The notes beneath the pieces are model-generated. The model worked only from the letters and a program-made list of their open reading frames with translations, had not been told where the DNA came from and did no database searches. The translations under genes and the position numbers were made by a program. A stretch of DNA of 64,000 nt from a plasmid: sequence record NZ_CP031103.1, one strand, 5' to 3'. Positions 44,055-56,566 of the stretch are shown here, piece after piece; position 1 is the first letter of the stretch, and every line of letters begins with the position of its first letter.

Positions 44055-47000
44055 TTATGACACGCTCTTTTTATGTCTGCGCAGCCAGATGAGTTTATAG
44101 GCGGCAGGAATAATGAACAGGGACAGCAGCGGAGCTGTGGTCATCCCGCCAATCATGGGGGCCGCAATACGGCTCATGACTTCTGAACCTGCGCCGGTTC
44201 CCCAGAGTATCGGCAGCAGACCCGCGATGATCACCGCCACGGTCATGGCTTTCGGGCGGACACGCAGCACGGCACCATGATAAAGGGCTTCATCAAGACC
44301 TTCCGGTGTGAACGTTTCCTTGTTTGACAGTTCCGGATGCGCTTCAATGGCATGACGCAGATACATCAGCATGACCACGCCAAACTCTGCTGCCACACCG
44401 GCCAGGGCGATAAACCCGGTTCCGGTTGCGACTGACATATGGAAGCCCTGCCAGTACAGGAACCATATCCCGCCAACCAGGGCGAACGGCAGACTCATCA
44501 GGATCAACAATGCTTCATCAACCCGGCGGAACGCCAGATACAACAGGATGAAAATGATCATCACCGTCATCGGCACCATCAGTTTAAGTTTCTTGTTGGC
44601 GTGCTCAAGCAGTTCAAATTGTCCGGAGAATGACACGCTGGTACCCGGTCTCAGTTTCACTTTCTGACTGATAGCCGTTTTAATATCATTAACCACCGAC
44701 ACCATATCCCTGCCGCGCGCGTCAATGTAAATCCAGCTGGCTGGACGGGCATTTTCCGTTTTCAGCATAGTCGGCCCTGAAACGACCTTAATATCCGCGA
44801 CATCGCCCAGCGTGATCTGCTGCTTCATCGGGGTCAGGATCGGCATCTGTTTCAATGCATTTGGACTGTTCCGGTAATCCTGCGGATAGCGAATATTAAT
44901 CGGGTAGCGGGCCACGCCTTCAACCGTTTCCCCTGCCGTTGCGCCGCCGATGGCTGATGAGACAAACAGCTGTACATCACCGACAGTCATACCGTAACGG
45001 GACGCTTTTTCCCGGTTGATATCGATATCGATGTAACGCCCGCCTTCAAGTCGCTCAGCCAGGGCAGACACCACGCCCGGCACGGTTTTGGCTACCGCCT
45101 CGATACTCTGCGCAGTCGCATCAATATCGGCCAGGACAGTCCCTGAGACCTTGATACCTATCGGGCTTTTGATCCCGGTTGAGAGCATATCAATACGGTT
45201 ACGGATTGGCGGAACCCACAGGTTTGCCAGACCCGGTAAACGGACGGTCTTGTCGAGTTCTTCAATAATCTTGTCAATCGTCATACCCGGACGCCACTGA
45301 TCCTCAGGTTTGAGCTGGATCGTGGTTTCCACCATTTCAAGCGGTGCGGAATCCGTTGCGGTCTCTGCTTTACCGGTCTTGCCAAATACAGAGGCCACTT
45401 CAGGAACGCTTTTGATTAACTTGTCCGTCGTCTGCAGGAGTGCTGCAGCTTCTGCCGGAGAGACGCCAGGCAATGTTGACGGCATATACAGCAGGTCGCC
45501 CTCATTGATCTTCGGCAGAAACTCCCCCCCCACCTGACTCAATGGCCAGATAACGGTGAAAATGGACAAGGCCGCAACCAGCAGGGTTGTTTTTGGCCAG
45601 TGGAGGACCCGCAGCAGCAATGGATGATACGCTTTGATCAGCACCCGGTTCAGGGGGTTACTGGTCTCGGCAGGAATTTTTCCCCGGATCCAGAATCCCA
45701 TCAGGATCGGAATGACAATGATGGCCAGCGCGGCCGCGCCCGCCATGGAGTACGTTTTCGTGAATGCCAGCGGGCCAAACAGACGTCCTTCCTGACCTTC
45801 CAGGGTAAAGATAGGAATAAAGGACAGGGTGATGATCAGCAGGCTGATAAACAGTGCGGGTCCCACTTCCACGGAGGCGTCGGTAATCACCTTCCAGCGG
45901 GTGGCGTTGTCAATCTGCTCACCCGGATGCTGATGATCCCACTCCTCTAGCCGTTTATGCGCATTCTCAATCATCACAATGGCGGCATCCACCATCGCAC
46001 CGACGGCAATAGCTATCCCTCCCAGCGACATGATATTGGCGTTCAGTCCCTGGAAGTGCATGACGATAAAGGCGATACACAGGCCAAGCGGCAGAGAGAT
46101 AATCGCCACCAGGGCAGAACGTACGTGCCACAGGAACAGGGCACAGACGATGGCCACCACGATAAACTCTTCCAGAAGTTTGGAACTGAGGTTATCAATC
46201 GCCCGGTCGATTAACTGGCTGCGATCGTAGGTGGTCACGATTTCAACACCTTCCGGCAGACTGGCCTTCAGTGTCTCCAGTTTATCCCTCACTGCCGTGA
46301 TTACGTCACGCGCGTTTTTACCCGACCGCAGGATCACCACGCCGCCAGCGACTTCCCCCTGGCCGTTCAGTTCGGCAATACCACGCCGCATTTCAGGCCC
46401 TGTCTGCACGCGGGCAACATCCCGCAAATAAACCGGCACGCCGTTCTCGCCTGTTTTCAGGACGATGTTATTAAAATCATCAATGCTCTGCAGATAGCCG
46501 CTGGCGCGGACCATATACTCCGCTTCGGCTATTTCAACGGATGAACCACCGGCCTCCTGGTTAGACGATTCAAGAGCCTGTTTCACTTCGGGAAGGCTGA
46601 TCCCATACTGGGACAGTTTTACCGGATTGACCTGAATCTGGTACTGCTTCACCACGCCACCAACCGAGGCTACCTCAGCCACGTTCGGGATGGTCTTCAG
46701 TTCAAATTTCAGAAACCAGTCCTGCAAAGAACGCAGTTCTGAAAGGTCGTGTTTTCCGCTGCGATCGACCAGGGCATATTCAAATATCCAGCCCACTCCC
46801 GTAGCGTCCGGGCCGATTTCAGAGCTCACACCCGCAGGCAGTTTGCCCTGAACCTGATTCAGGTATTCCAGCACGCGCGAACGGGCCCAGTACAGATCGG
46901 TCCCGTCTTCAAAAATGACATACACATACGAATCACCGAACTGTGAAAAGCCACGCACGGTTTTTGCGCCAGGTACGGACAGCATGGTGGTGGTAAGCGG

Positions 47001-47201
47001 ATAGGTGACCTGGTTTTCTACAATCTGCGGGGCCTGTCCGGGATAGCTGGTTTTAATAATGACCTGCACATCTGACAGGTCAGGCAGCGCATCGACCGGC
47101 GTGTTAATTATCGTCCATGTGCCCCAGATGCTGAGAAACAGTGCGCCCATCATGACCAGGAAACGGTTGGCGACAGAGCGCCGGATAATCCATTCAATCA
47201 T
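44055..47201 (-). CDS. silA: SilA RND efflux pump (CusA-like)
   Basis: 1048 aa, 12 transmembrane helices, heavy-metal efflux family. Confidence 0.95.
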   Translation of the reverse strand: MIEWIIRRSVANRFLVMMGALFLSIWGTWTIINTPVDALPDLSDVQVIIKTSYPGQAPQIVENQVTYPLTTTMLSVPGAKTVRGFSQFGDSYVYVIFEDGTDLYWARSRVLEYLNQVQGKLPAGVSSEIGPDATGVGWIFEYALVDRSGKHDLSELRSLQDWFLKFELKTIPNVAEVASVGGVVKQYQIQVNPVKLSQYGISLPEVKQALESSNQEAGGSSVEIAEAEYMVRASGYLQSIDDFNNIVLKTGENGVPVYLRDVARVQTGPEMRRGIAELNGQGEVAGGVVILRSGKNARDVITAVRDKLETLKASLPEGVEIVTTYDRSQLIDRAIDNLSSKLLEEFIVVAIVCALFLWHVRSALVAIISLPLGLCIAFIVMHFQGLNANIMSLGGIAIAVGAMVDAAIVMIENAHKRLEEWDHQHPGEQIDNATRWKVITDASVEVGPALFISLLIITLSFIPIFTLEGQEGRLFGPLAFTKTYSMAGAAALAIIVIPILMGFWIRGKIPAETSNPLNRVLIKAYHPLLLRVLHWPKTTLLVAALSIFTVIWPLSQVGGEFLPKINEGDLLYMPSTLPGVSPAEAAALLQTTDKLIKSVPEVASVFGKTGKAETATDSAPLEMVETTIQLKPEDQWRPGMTIDKIIEELDKTVRLPGLANLWVPPIRNRIDMLSTGIKSPIGIKVSGTVLADIDATAQSIEAVAKTVPGVVSALAERLEGGRYIDIDINREKASRYGMTVGDVQLFVSSAIGGATAGETVEGVARYPINIRYPQDYRNSPNALKQMPILTPMKQQITLGDVADIKVVSGPTMLKTENARPASWIYIDARGRDMVSVVNDIKTAISQKVKLRPGTSVSFSGQFELLEHANKKLKLMVPMTVMIIFILLYLAFRRVDEALLILMSLPFALVGGIWFLYWQGFHMSVATGTGFIALAGVAAEFGVVMLMYLRHAIEAHPELSNKETFTPEGLDEALYHGAVLRVRPKAMTVAVIIAGLLPILWGTGAGSEVMSRIAAPMIGGMTTAPLLSLFIIPAAYKLIWLRRHKKSVS

Positions 47202-47211
47202 CGTCGTCTCC

Positions 47212-48504
47212 TCAGTGCCCTGAATGCATATTTACAGGCTGCTCAGACATTGCTGGCATACTGTTTTCTGTTTTTTCAGGGTGGCGCATACGTTCCAGCG
47301 CGCCCGTAATATTGGCTTCGGAGTCAATGAGGAACAGGCCACTGACCACCACGGTATCGCCTTCATTAAGACCGGAGCCAATGCCAGACTGTTGCTGTGA
47401 TTCATGCAGAACGTGGATCTGTTTCGGCACAAACTTGCCTTCATCATCAACAGTAATCACGCGCTGTTCTTTGCCGGTATCGATAACGGCCTGGCTTGGT
47501 ATCAGCAGCATCTCCTGACTTTGGGTATTCAGTTTGAGATAGGCATTCATGCCCGGCTTGAGAAACTCATCCTTGTTAGTAACCTGGAGGCGGACCTGAA
47601 GCGTGCGGGTTGTCTGATCCACGCTGGGAAGAATGTTCCATTTTTCGACATGGAATGTTTTATCCGGATAAGCCGGTACCGAAATTTCAAACTGCGACGT
47701 ATCTTTCAGCAGATAGGCGATAGATTCTGGCACTGCAGCGCTGATCCAGACCGGGTCCATCCCCTGAATCTGAGCCACCACCTTATCTTTCGAAATATTC
47801 ATGCCTGTGCGCAGGTCAAATGCAGTAATGACACCATCAATAGGTGCTTTAATGGTAAAACGGGTCTGGATTGTGCGGGTTGAACGCAGCCTTTGAATAT
47901 CCTCTTCCGGCATACCAGCCAGACGAAGTCGCTCCAGAACCCCTTTTATCTGGGTTGGCGTACCGCCTGTACCGGATAACAGCAGAAACTCACTTTGTGC
48001 CTCAACCCATTCAGGAATGGTGATATCGATAAGCGGAGTGCCTTTCTTCACATGATCGCCAATCGTCAGGGGATACACTTTTTCGACGAAACCGTCAGAA
48101 CGCGCCTGCACAATGACAAACTGATATTCGTTGTAACTGACATTAGCCGGGATTGTCTGAGAATAATTCAGCATTCCTCGCGTGACTTTTTGCGTTTTTA
48201 ATCCCAGATTCTGAACCTGAGTTGGATCGATACGGATCCCGCCACTGCTTTTATCGCCACTTTCATCAGCATATTTCGGCACCAGGTCCATATCCATAAA
48301 GGGAGATTTTCCGGGTTTATCAAATTTGGTATCCGGTTTCATCGGGTCATACCAGAAAAGTACCTTTTTCTCCGGTGCCTTTTGTTCTGCTGGTACTGTT
48401 TTTTGTGATGAGTTTAAATACTGCCAGGCAGTAACCGATATCAGCCCTCCTGCTATGAGGCTGCTGATAATTATTGCAGCATATTTTATCTTTAAAGAAG
48501 CCAT
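47212..48504 (-). CDS. silB: SilB membrane fusion protein (CusB-like)
   Basis: 430 aa. Confidence 0.9.
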   Translation of the reverse strand: MASLKIKYAAIIISSLIAGGLISVTAWQYLNSSQKTVPAEQKAPEKKVLFWYDPMKPDTKFDKPGKSPFMDMDLVPKYADESGDKSSGGIRIDPTQVQNLGLKTQKVTRGMLNYSQTIPANVSYNEYQFVIVQARSDGFVEKVYPLTIGDHVKKGTPLIDITIPEWVEAQSEFLLLSGTGGTPTQIKGVLERLRLAGMPEEDIQRLRSTRTIQTRFTIKAPIDGVITAFDLRTGMNISKDKVVAQIQGMDPVWISAAVPESIAYLLKDTSQFEISVPAYPDKTFHVEKWNILPSVDQTTRTLQVRLQVTNKDEFLKPGMNAYLKLNTQSQEMLLIPSQAVIDTGKEQRVITVDDEGKFVPKQIHVLHESQQQSGIGSGLNEGDTVVVSGLFLIDSEANITGALERMRHPEKTENSMPAMSEQPVNMHSGH

Positions 48505-48617
48505 ACAATTTCTCGCTGAAAAATCAAAACACCTGGCATATGCGCCCGATCATTCATTCATAGTAATCCCATAATGAATGTTCAGGCGCACTGGATGTAT
48601 TCGCTCCGGACTGTTAA

Positions 48618-48971
48618 TCAGGATTGCGTAACGTTAATGCTTTTGAGTAAGGAGATATTGCCCTGCTGAATAAACGAGAAATCGACATGGTTGCCGGTTT
48701 TCAGGGCATTGATAGCGTCGTCTGCATTAACAAAAGTGAAGCGCATGGTCATTGCAGGCCAGCCCACCGCCGGGATTGCTTCGTGCGAAATGGTAATCTT
48801 TTTACTATTCATATCAATGTCTTTAACGATACCGGTGCCCTTGATAACCTGCTGTACCGAAGCATCACTGGCAGCATTCATATCGCCATGCTGATGTGTT
48901 TCAGCATGAAGACCGGCAGAAAACATGACAGAAAAGGCACCAAATAAAACGGCTTTAAGTGAATTATGCAT
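48618..48971 (-). CDS. silF: SilF periplasmic Ag/Cu chaperone (CusF-like)
   Basis: 117 aa, signal peptide, Met/His/Trp metal site. Confidence 0.85.
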   Translation of the reverse strand: MHNSLKAVLFGAFSVMFSAGLHAETHQHGDMNAASDASVQQVIKGTGIVKDIDMNSKKITISHEAIPAVGWPAMTMRFTFVNADDAINALKTGNHVDFSFIQQGNISLLKSINVTQS

Positions 48972-48999
48972 TTTTAATTTCCTGATTAATTGAATAAAT

Positions 49000-50385
49000 T
49001 TACTCTACCCAACCGCCACCCAGCGCGGTAAACAGATTAATTTCGTTAACCTGTCGGGAATAGGTAAGATCGAGAATGGTTTGCTGCGTCGCGAAGAGGG
49101 AACGTTCTGCATCCAGCACTTCGATGTAACTGACAGCACCACTTGCATACAATCCTCTGGCACGCTGTAGAGTTATCTGAAGTGAATCAAGATAACGCTG
49201 CTGTGACTCAAGTTGCTGGCTAAGGCTGTCGCGCAGCGCAAGCGTGTCGGAAACATCCTTAAAGGCTGACTGAATTTTTTGTTCGTAATTAACCACGGAC
49301 TGTTGCTGGCGAATTTCAGCCAGCTTCAGATTGGCTTTGTTCCTGCCAGCATTAAATATAGGAATTTCAATTTTAGGAATAAAATTCCACATTCCACTTC
49401 CTGACGTAAAGAGGCTGGACAGCTCCGTACTGCTTGAGGAGAGGCCACTGGTCAGGGTAATGGACGGGAAAAAAGCCGCTCGCGCTGCGCCAATATTAGC
49501 ATCAGCCGCTTTCAACTGGTATTCCGCTTCCATAATATCCGGACGCTGCAGCAATATTTGTGACGACAGATTTGGTGGCAATTTTACTGGTGCGATCTCC
49601 CCACCTTTCATCCCTTTTTCTGACGGAACTGCGCGGTACGTTCCCAGCACCAGTTGCAGGGCATTGTTTGCCTGAGCCAGATCGCCTTCTCGTTTGGCTA
49701 TTTCGGCGCGGGTACTTTCGATTTGCCCCCTGGCTTGTTCAAGCGCCAGAACGTTCGTACTCCCGGTCACCAGTTGTTGCTCAACGAATGCATAAGACTG
49801 TTCATAATTTTTCAGCGTTTCCCGCGCAATACGGAGTTGTTCGTACGCCAGTTGCTGGCTGAAATAGCTCTGTGAAACGTTGGAGACCAGCAGGATGTGT
49901 ACGGCACGACGGGCTTCTTCGCTGGCAAAGTAGTTCTGGCGATCAGCCTCACTCATGTTCTTAAGTTTGCCAAAAAAATCGAGCTCATAGCTGAGCTCCA
50001 GACCCGCGTCGTACTCCTGTGTGGTCGGCTTGTCACCTTTCAGACCACCGCTGTATGTGATCCCGGATGAGGCATTCAGTTGGGGATAACGATCTGCATC
50101 CGTGACGTTGAACTGGGCCCGGGCCTCTTCAACCTTCAGGGCCGCCATTCTCAAATCACGGTTATTATTCAGGGCTTCACCGATCAGCCTGCTGACCTGG
50201 GGATCGACAAAAAAGTTTCGCCAGCCCGTATCCTGATAGCTGTTTACCGCAGGCGTCAGACTGTTTTTAGACAATGAAAACTGCTGGGGAACCGGAGCTG
50301 GCGGACGCTGATATTCAGGTGCCAGAGAAACACAACCTGCCAGGATGAATATGGTACTGATGCTGAGTAATTTTAATTTGAACAT
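49000..50385 (-). CDS. silC: SilC outer-membrane factor (CusC-like)
   Basis: Lipoprotein signal MFKLKLLSISTIFILAGC. TolC family. Confidence 0.9.
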   Translation of the reverse strand: MFKLKLLSISTIFILAGCVSLAPEYQRPPAPVPQQFSLSKNSLTPAVNSYQDTGWRNFFVDPQVSRLIGEALNNNRDLRMAALKVEEARAQFNVTDADRYPQLNASSGITYSGGLKGDKPTTQEYDAGLELSYELDFFGKLKNMSEADRQNYFASEEARRAVHILLVSNVSQSYFSQQLAYEQLRIARETLKNYEQSYAFVEQQLVTGSTNVLALEQARGQIESTRAEIAKREGDLAQANNALQLVLGTYRAVPSEKGMKGGEIAPVKLPPNLSSQILLQRPDIMEAEYQLKAADANIGAARAAFFPSITLTSGLSSSSTELSSLFTSGSGMWNFIPKIEIPIFNAGRNKANLKLAEIRQQQSVVNYEQKIQSAFKDVSDTLALRDSLSQQLESQQRYLDSLQITLQRARGLYASGAVSYIEVLDAERSLFATQQTILDLTYSRQVNEINLFTALGGGWVE

Positions 50386-50571
50386 AACGCTTCTCGTACA
50401 GGCAGACCTGGTAAATGGTTCAAACGAAGTCCAGAGTATTGATAGGGATACTTTACCGAACGCTCTCTGTTTGCCGGGTGACAGGATAATGACAATGTTG
50501 TCATTTTTGCTGTAATCCGTTGATAACGATCGTGGGCGCAATAAAATGACATTAGTAGCCAGCCGGGGAGC

Positions 50572-51255
50572 ATGATGAAAATATTAATCGTTGAAGACGA
50601 AATTAAAACAGGTGAATATCTCAGCAAGGGGCTGACAGAGGCGGGGTTCGTCGTGGATCATGCTGATAATGGTCTGACCGGATATCATCTTGCCATGACA
50701 GCCGATTATGATTTAGTCATCCTGGATATCATGCTGCCTGATGTAAACGGCTGGGATATCATCCGTATGCTGCGCAGTGCCGGAAAGGGGATGCCGGTAT
50801 TACTGCTGACGGCCCTTGGCACGATTGAACACAGGGTCAAAGGACTTGAGTTGGGTGCGGACGATTATCTGGTGAAGCCCTTTGCGTTTGCTGAACTGCT
50901 CGCCCGGGTAAGAACCCTCCTCAGGCGGGGAAACACGATGATCACGGAAAGCCAGCTTAAAGTGGCTGACCTCTCGGTTGATCTCGTATCCAGAAAAGTC
51001 AGCCGCGCCGGGAACCGCATTGTGCTCACCAGTAAAGAGTTCAGCCTGCTGGAATTCTTCATTCGCCATCAGGGAGAAGTTCTTCCCCGCTCCCTGATTG
51101 CCTCTCAGGTCTGGGACATGAATTTTGACAGCGACACTAACGCGATTGATGTCGCAGTAAAGCGACTCCGCGCTAAAATAGACAACGATTACGGGACAAA
51201 ACTGATCCAGACAGTGCGGGGCGTGGGCTACATGCTGGAGATCCCGGATGCATAG
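50572..51255 (+). CDS. silR: SilR response regulator
   Basis: [16 protein letters not shown], OmpR family. Divergent from silC. Confidence 0.9.
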   Translation: MMKILIVEDEIKTGEYLSKGLTEAGFVVDHADNGLTGYHLAMTADYDLVILDIMLPDVNGWDIIRMLRSAGKGMPVLLLTALGTIEHRVKGLELGADDYLVKPFAFAELLARVRTLLRRGNTMITESQLKVADLSVDLVSRKVSRAGNRIVLTSKEFSLLEFFIRHQGEVLPRSLIASQVWDMNFDSDTNAIDVAVKRLRAKIDNDYGTKLIQTVRGVGYMLEIPDA

Positions 51256-52723
51256 CAAACCGTCCAGACGACCTTTCTCACTCGCTCTGCGGCTGACCTT
51301 TTTTATCAGCCTGTCCACAATACTGGCGTTTATCGCCTTCACCTGGTTTATGCTCCATTCTGTTGAAAAGCATTTTGCCGAGCAGGATGTCAGCGATCTG
51401 CAACAAATCAGCACCACACTGAGCCGTATACTCCAGTCCCCGGCAGATCCGGATGAAAAAAAAGTAAGCAAAATAAAGGAATCGATCGCCAGCTACCGCA
51501 ACGTTGCCCTTTTGCTCCTCAATCCCCGGGGTGAGGTGCTGTACAGTTCTGCGCAGGGGGCAGCACTACGCCCGGCCGTGAATTCAGCCGATTTTAGCGA
51601 GCACAGCCGCGCACGGGATGTCTTTCTCTGGACGGTGGAGGATCCTGCGAGAGCGATGGATACCGGGTCTGGAATGAAGATGGAAACGTACCGGATTATC
51701 GCCTCCTCTGGCCAGGCGACATTTCAGGGCAAACAGCAGAACTATGTCATGCTGACTGGCCTCTCCATTAATTTCCATCTCCATTACCTCGATGCGCTGA
51801 AAAAAAATCTGATTGCGATTGCCGTCGTGATAAGCCTGCTGATTGTTCTGATCATTCGCATTGCTGTCCGTCAGGGGCACCTGCCCCTTCGTAATGTCAG
51901 CAATGCCATTAAAAACATCACCTCCGAGAATCTTGATGCGCGGCTGGAACCGACACGCGTTCCCATTGAGCTGGAGCAGCTGGTTATCTCGTTCAATCAT
52001 ATGATTGGAAAGATTGAGGATGTTTTTACCCGCCAGGCCAATTTCTCTGCCGATATCGCGCACGAGATCAGAACCCCCATCACCAATCTGGTGACGCAGA
52101 CTGAAATAGCTCTGAGTCAGGATCGAACGCAGAAGGAACTTGAGGATGTCCTCTATTCCAGCCTTGAAGAGTATAACCGGATGACCAAAATGGTCAGCGA
52201 CATGCTGTTCCTGGCACAGGCGGACAATAATCAGCTGATACCTGACAGGGTTCGGTTTGACCTCAGAGCAGAAGTCATGAAAGTCTTCGAGTTTTTCGAA
52301 GCCTGGGCCGAAGAACGCAATATTATGCTCAAATTTAACGGGATGCCCTGCCTGGTTGAGGGAGATCCACAAATGTTCAGAAGAGCGATCAATAATCTGT
52401 TATCCAACGCCCTGCGTTATACCCCAGAGGGACAAGCAATCACCGTCTCAATAAGGGAGCAGGAGAGTTTTTTTAATCTTGTGATTGAAAATCCGGGGAA
52501 ACCAATCCCTGAAGAGCATTTATCAAGGTTGTTTGACCGTTTTTATCGGGTGGATCCGTCCAGACAACGAAAAGGAGAAGGCAGCGGCATCGGCCTTGCG
52601 ATTGTGAAGTCAATCGTGGAAGCACATCACGGAAGAGTGCAGGTGGAATCGGACGTACACTCAACGCGTTTTATCTTATCCGTGCCCAGACTGGAGAAAA
52701 TTATTCCGGACACCCAGTACTGA
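51248..52723 (+). CDS. silS: SilS sensor kinase
   Basis: 491 aa. Overlaps the silR stop. Confidence 0.9.
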   Translation: MHSKPSRRPFSLALRLTFFISLSTILAFIAFTWFMLHSVEKHFAEQDVSDLQQISTTLSRILQSPADPDEKKVSKIKESIASYRNVALLLLNPRGEVLYSSAQGAALRPAVNSADFSEHSRARDVFLWTVEDPARAMDTGSGMKMETYRIIASSGQATFQGKQQNYVMLTGLSINFHLHYLDALKKNLIAIAVVISLLIVLIIRIAVRQGHLPLRNVSNAIKNITSENLDARLEPTRVPIELEQLVISFNHMIGKIEDVFTRQANFSADIAHEIRTPITNLVTQTEIALSQDRTQKELEDVLYSSLEEYNRMTKMVSDMLFLAQADNNQLIPDRVRFDLRAEVMKVFEFFEAWAEERNIMLKFNGMPCLVEGDPQMFRRAINNLLSNALRYTPEGQAITVSIREQESFFNLVIENPGKPIPEEHLSRLFDRFYRVDPSRQRKGEGSGIGLAIVKSIVEAHHGRVQVESDVHSTRFILSVPRLEKIIPDTQY

Positions 52724-52973
52724 GAATAAAGATTTAAATGACAAAGATGTCATTAGCCTGTCATGCAGCAAACAGAAGCCATTCGATATAATTAGTGCAA
52801 CTTATCAGGAAGGCTGGATTGCTTTATCAATATCCGGCGTCAGTGTACGCCAGGAAATGAATATCCAGTCCCCTCCCGGAGAAATAAACACTTCCGAACC
52901 TGTTTCAGTTATGGAACTGAAAACACCGGTTGTACTCCCCCGGACATCACTAATTAAGAAATGGAGAGTTATC

Positions 52974-53405
52974 ATGAAAAATATCGTATTAGCATCCTTG
53001 CTGGGCTTTGGCTTAATTTCTTCGGCCGGGGCCACTGAAACCGTGAATATCCATGAGCGGGTCAACAATGCACAGGCACCTGCTCACCAGATGCAGTCTG
53101 CTGCGGCTCCTGTCGGGATCCAGGGGACTGCACCTCGTATGGCCGGTATGGACCAGCATGAACAGGCCATTATTGCTCATGAAACCATGACGAACGGGTC
53201 GGCGGATGCGCACCAGAAAATGGTGGAAAGTCATCAGAGGATGATGGGAAGTCAGACCGTTTCCCCTACCGGGCCGTCGAAGTCATTAGCGGCAATGAAT
53301 GAGCATGAAAGAGCTGCAGTTGCCCATGAATTTATGAATAACGGTCAGTCTGGCCCACATCAGGCCATGGCCGAAGCGCATCGTCGCATGCTCAGTGCAG
53401 GCTGA
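52974..53405 (+). CDS. silE: SilE periplasmic silver-binding protein
   Basis: MKNIVLASLLGFGLISSAGATETVNIHERVNNAQAPAHQMQ..., consistent with SilE of pMG101 from memory. Confidence 0.9.
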   Translation: MKNIVLASLLGFGLISSAGATETVNIHERVNNAQAPAHQMQSAAAPVGIQGTAPRMAGMDQHEQAIIAHETMTNGSADAHQKMVESHQRMMGSQTVSPTGPSKSLAAMNEHERAAVAHEFMNNGQSGPHQAMAEAHRRMLSAG

Positions 53406-53552
53406 CGGCTAGGGAAGTATCTGTGCTGTCCTTATTTCCTTGATAGATTTTTCCGTAACCGGATATATGGCAACATCTTTGCCCCCTACAGGGGGCATTT
53501 TTATCAGATTCTGCTACAGTTAACGGGTATCAACGCTAAAAGGATATTTTTT

Positions 53553-53903
53553 ATGAAAGCCAGAAACACTTTATTTGCAGTATTAATGTTATCCCTGCCA
53601 GCGATTTCAGCAGAACATTCAGAAATGAAAATGACTGATATGTCTACCTCGGCTTCGTCACAGGAATATATGGCTGGCATGAAAGACATGCATGACAAAA
53701 TGATGGCTGCCGTAAATGAATCCGATCCCGACAAGGCTTTTGCGAAAGGCATGGTAGCGCACCATGAAGGGGCAATAGCAATGGCTGAGACCGAGCTAAA
53801 ATACGGAAAAGATCCGGAAATGAGAAAGCTCGCGCAGGACATCATTAAAGCTCAAAAAGGTGAAATTGAGCAGATGAATAAATGGCTTGATAGTCAAAAG
53901 TAA
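53553..53903 (+). CDS. DUF305-family periplasmic protein (CHASRI-associated)
   Basis: Signal peptide, HHEGAI motif, 116 aa. Confidence 0.6.
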   Translation: MKARNTLFAVLMLSLPAISAEHSEMKMTDMSTSASSQEYMAGMKDMHDKMMAAVNESDPDKAFAKGMVAHHEGAIAMAETELKYGKDPEMRKLAQDIIKAQKGEIEQMNKWLDSQK

Positions 53904-53980
53904 ACATTGCAGAAACGTCACGACAAGCGTGATTTTACATCGCTCCTGGGCGCGGGAGTCTGTTAATCTTTATATAATTC

Positions 53981-54010
53981 AAACCCGATTAATTTCGGGT
54001 TTTGTATTTT
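53981..54010 (+). terminator. Intrinsic terminator
   Basis: aaacccga-ttaatt-tcgggttt hairpin followed by tgtattttt. Confidence 0.6.
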
Positions 54011-54088
54011 TACGCGCCAAATCGGTAACTACCAGGAAATAATGACCTTCTCTGCAAGCAAGGTAAAAACATTACTATTGAATAACAC

Positions 54089-54997
54089 TCACCTGTTCTC
54101 GCCTTTATAATAGCGAATCAAATCCTCCAGAGATATATCGATAGCTACCTGTTTTAATAACTCCTTTCTCTCATTATATATTTTCTCAAGCATTTCTTCA
54201 TATCCCTGGCCGAGGTGAATTTGCTTATGGCAATTGCAACACAGCGATATTATATTTTCTTCGACGTCAAGCGAAGTGTTAAAATCATCCTGTTTGGACA
54301 TAGGTACAATGTGATGAGGTTCAGTATAATTCAGGGAAGAGTTACGCCTTCTGAAGGTTGGGTGTTCACCATCGACTTCACATCTGTAACCTGCTTTGTT
54401 CAGTGCATTTTTCGAAACCCCTTTATTTCTTGGGTACGAGACGCCATTTTTTACTTCAATTGCATGTTTCTTTGGTTTAGCTTCCCCTGTATATTCAAAT
54501 GTCTGGGCGATATCAAATGTATTATTCGCTTCCATGGCGTTGATCAACTCATCGTCTGAGCAATACTCATTGATGGTTATTTCTTCCGCACCAAATAAAT
54601 CTAGCTCTTTAATTGCCTGAACAAGTTCATCACGAATAGTCCATAAGTATCTTTTTGGTTTTTCACCGGTTTCTTTACTCTTCATGACTGTAATGAATTT
54701 TGTGCCAGGTGCTATATTACCGATCCCTTTAACTTCAAACCTTCCTAGCTCTTTTTGAACTCTACCACCGAGCCCGTTAATAACGCCATTAGCACTCATA
54801 CTGTGCTGGTCGTACTTTTTGCCTATATCAAAACATGTGCAGGAATGATTTGGTTCAATATACCATTTTTTTAACGCCTCAATACTTTTAGAGTCAAAAA
54901 CCTTTTCATTCATTAACAGATTTTTCCATTCTTCCACACTGATATCAATGTCGCAGACGTACTCCCCGTCAATTACCTGGCAAATCTTATAGATCAC
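54089..54997 (-). CDS. HNH endonuclease with an unassigned N-terminal domain (McrA-like restriction or defence nuclease candidate)
   Basis: C-terminal HHIVPMS...NIISLCCNCHKQIH HNH motif. Probable GTG start at 54997 after GGAGGGGG. AT-rich gene. Confidence 0.6.
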   Translation of the reverse strand: MIYKICQVIDGEYVCDIDISVEEWKNLLMNEKVFDSKSIEALKKWYIEPNHSCTCFDIGKKYDQHSMSANGVINGLGGRVQKELGRFEVKGIGNIAPGTKFITVMKSKETGEKPKRYLWTIRDELVQAIKELDLFGAEEITINEYCSDDELINAMEANNTFDIAQTFEYTGEAKPKKHAIEVKNGVSYPRNKGVSKNALNKAGYRCEVDGEHPTFRRRNSSLNYTEPHHIVPMSKQDDFNTSLDVEENIISLCCNCHKQIHLGQGYEEMLEKIYNERKELLKQVAIDISLEDLIRYYKGENR

Positions 54998-55543
54998 GAT
55001 CACCCCCTCCTGTAATAAAAAAATCATCACAATACACAGTCCGTTACCCGGTATGAGTGCAGTCAGGTAACATCTGCAGTATGCCATATTTTCAGCTCTG
55101 GTAAATCAGAAAAACCATTGTCATGGCATCTCAAATTAAATTATTTCTGAAATTACTAAACTTCAGCATCCATCACCGACTATACCATGTTTTCTGTCTG
55201 GCCAAGATATAATGGACAGTTAATTCCGCTCATTATCCGCGATGATGAAATAGTCTCCGGTCAATAAAACCGTACAATGTTTTCAATGACCTGCACTTTT
55301 AACTGAACAAGTGAAAAACCATCCAGAACTTAAAATGTTAACAATAATTTCATGCTGGCGTGTATGCCACATTATTCACATTTTGCGAATGAAAATAACT
55401 GGCATAATTGAATTTAATGATAATGTTACATATTGTCAGCCAGGTTCCGGAAAGCGAGAACCGGAACCGCACCTGTCCAGCCGGTATTTCCGTCGATGAC
55501 CCTCGCTTTTTACTGATTTGTGCCCTACTGAGAAGCAGCTAAC

Positions 55544-56566
55544 TCAATTTCGGAATCGGCGCAGATGAGTTTCCGGAACAAAATAAATGTTGCCGCGCGC
55601 CCGTGAGCATGCCACGTACAGCCTGTTACGGGACGACGGTGGAAGGGCTGCCAGTTCCTGACGGGTCAGAAGCTTCCAGTGGGCGGGCCCCATCACAATG
55701 CAGACATCCTGAAAGTGATCGAGCCCTTTGCTGACGCCCCAGTTCATGGAATAGCAGCCGTAACGGTGATGTTCACGATAGAAGAGCTTAATCACCGTAT
55801 TATCGGCGTGCAGGGTGGCTGTGTGCTCTGCATCTGTGATCGTTTCAATCAGGGTGGCATGTATCCCATGGGCAGCGATACGGATGTTCAGTTGCCCGGT
55901 GATAAACTCGCACACCGAAGCCGAGCAACGCCATGTTCGGTTGAGCGTGTTGCGGTCAACCATGAAACCTGCTGCGGCGAAGCGGGCCTCATATCGCGTA
56001 ATGTCATCGTGCAGCGTTGAATTAACGTTGCCGTCACGGCTTGTATCAAAGGTATGCTGATAAAAATCACCGCAACACAGCACAGTGATTTCCGCACGGC
56101 AGAGCTCCAGCAGAAAATCAAAGTCATGTCCGGCAAAGTCCTGGACTTCATCGAGAAGCAGTTCATCGTAGTAACGGGCAAGCCGGGTACGGATATCCGG
56201 CAGCAGCCCCCGGGCTGTCAGCAAGTTTGCGAGCCTCCGGTGATATAGCCGTCCGGCGGGATCCTGATAATGCCGGGCATTCGTGCGCGGTATTCCGGGA
56301 GGGGGTCGGTCGAAGCTCAGGCCACGCGATGCCAGCCGCTCCTGCAGGAAAGGCCGGAAGCAAAAACCGTGCAGAAACTCAAACCAGGTCATCACCCTGA
56401 TCCCGTCCGGGATAAAGCCAAAACGTCTGATAATCTGCGCCCGCAGATGCGCTTCATTATTCACGGTGAAGGTCAGGATCAGCGTTCTCCGGTCCTCACT
56501 CAACCGCCGTATCAGCAGCGTGGTCTTGCCCGAGCCGGCAACCGCAAATATCACTCTCTTATCCAT
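55544..56566 (-). CDS. Compact UvrD-like SF1 helicase (GajB-like)
   Basis: Walker A AVAGSGKTT, Walker B DEVQD, motif VI LYVACSRAR. 340 aa. Its start overlaps the upstream OLD-family gene. Confidence 0.65.
   Translation of the reverse strand: MDKRVIFAVAGSGKTTLLIRRLSEDRRTLILTFTVNNEAHLRAQIIRRFGFIPDGIRVMTWFEFLHGFCFRPFLQERLASRGLSFDRPPPGIPRTNARHYQDPAGRLYHRRLANLLTARGLLPDIRTRLARYYDELLLDEVQDFAGHDFDFLLELCRAEITVLCCGDFYQHTFDTSRDGNVNSTLHDDITRYEARFAAAGFMVDRNTLNRTWRCSASVCEFITGQLNIRIAAHGIHATLIETITDAEHTATLHADNTVIKLFYREHHRYGCYSMNWGVSKGLDHFQDVCIVMGPAHWKLLTRQELAALPPSSRNRLYVACSRARGNIYFVPETHLRRFRN

Noticed and set aside
50800-52372. 223-aa and 262-aa minus-strand ORFs inside silR/silS
   Set aside because: Antisense to a canonical two-component pair.
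55311-55499. 62-aa ORF in the HNH/Gabija intergenic region
   Set aside because: AT-rich promoter-like DNA, with no ribosome-binding site and an odd composition.
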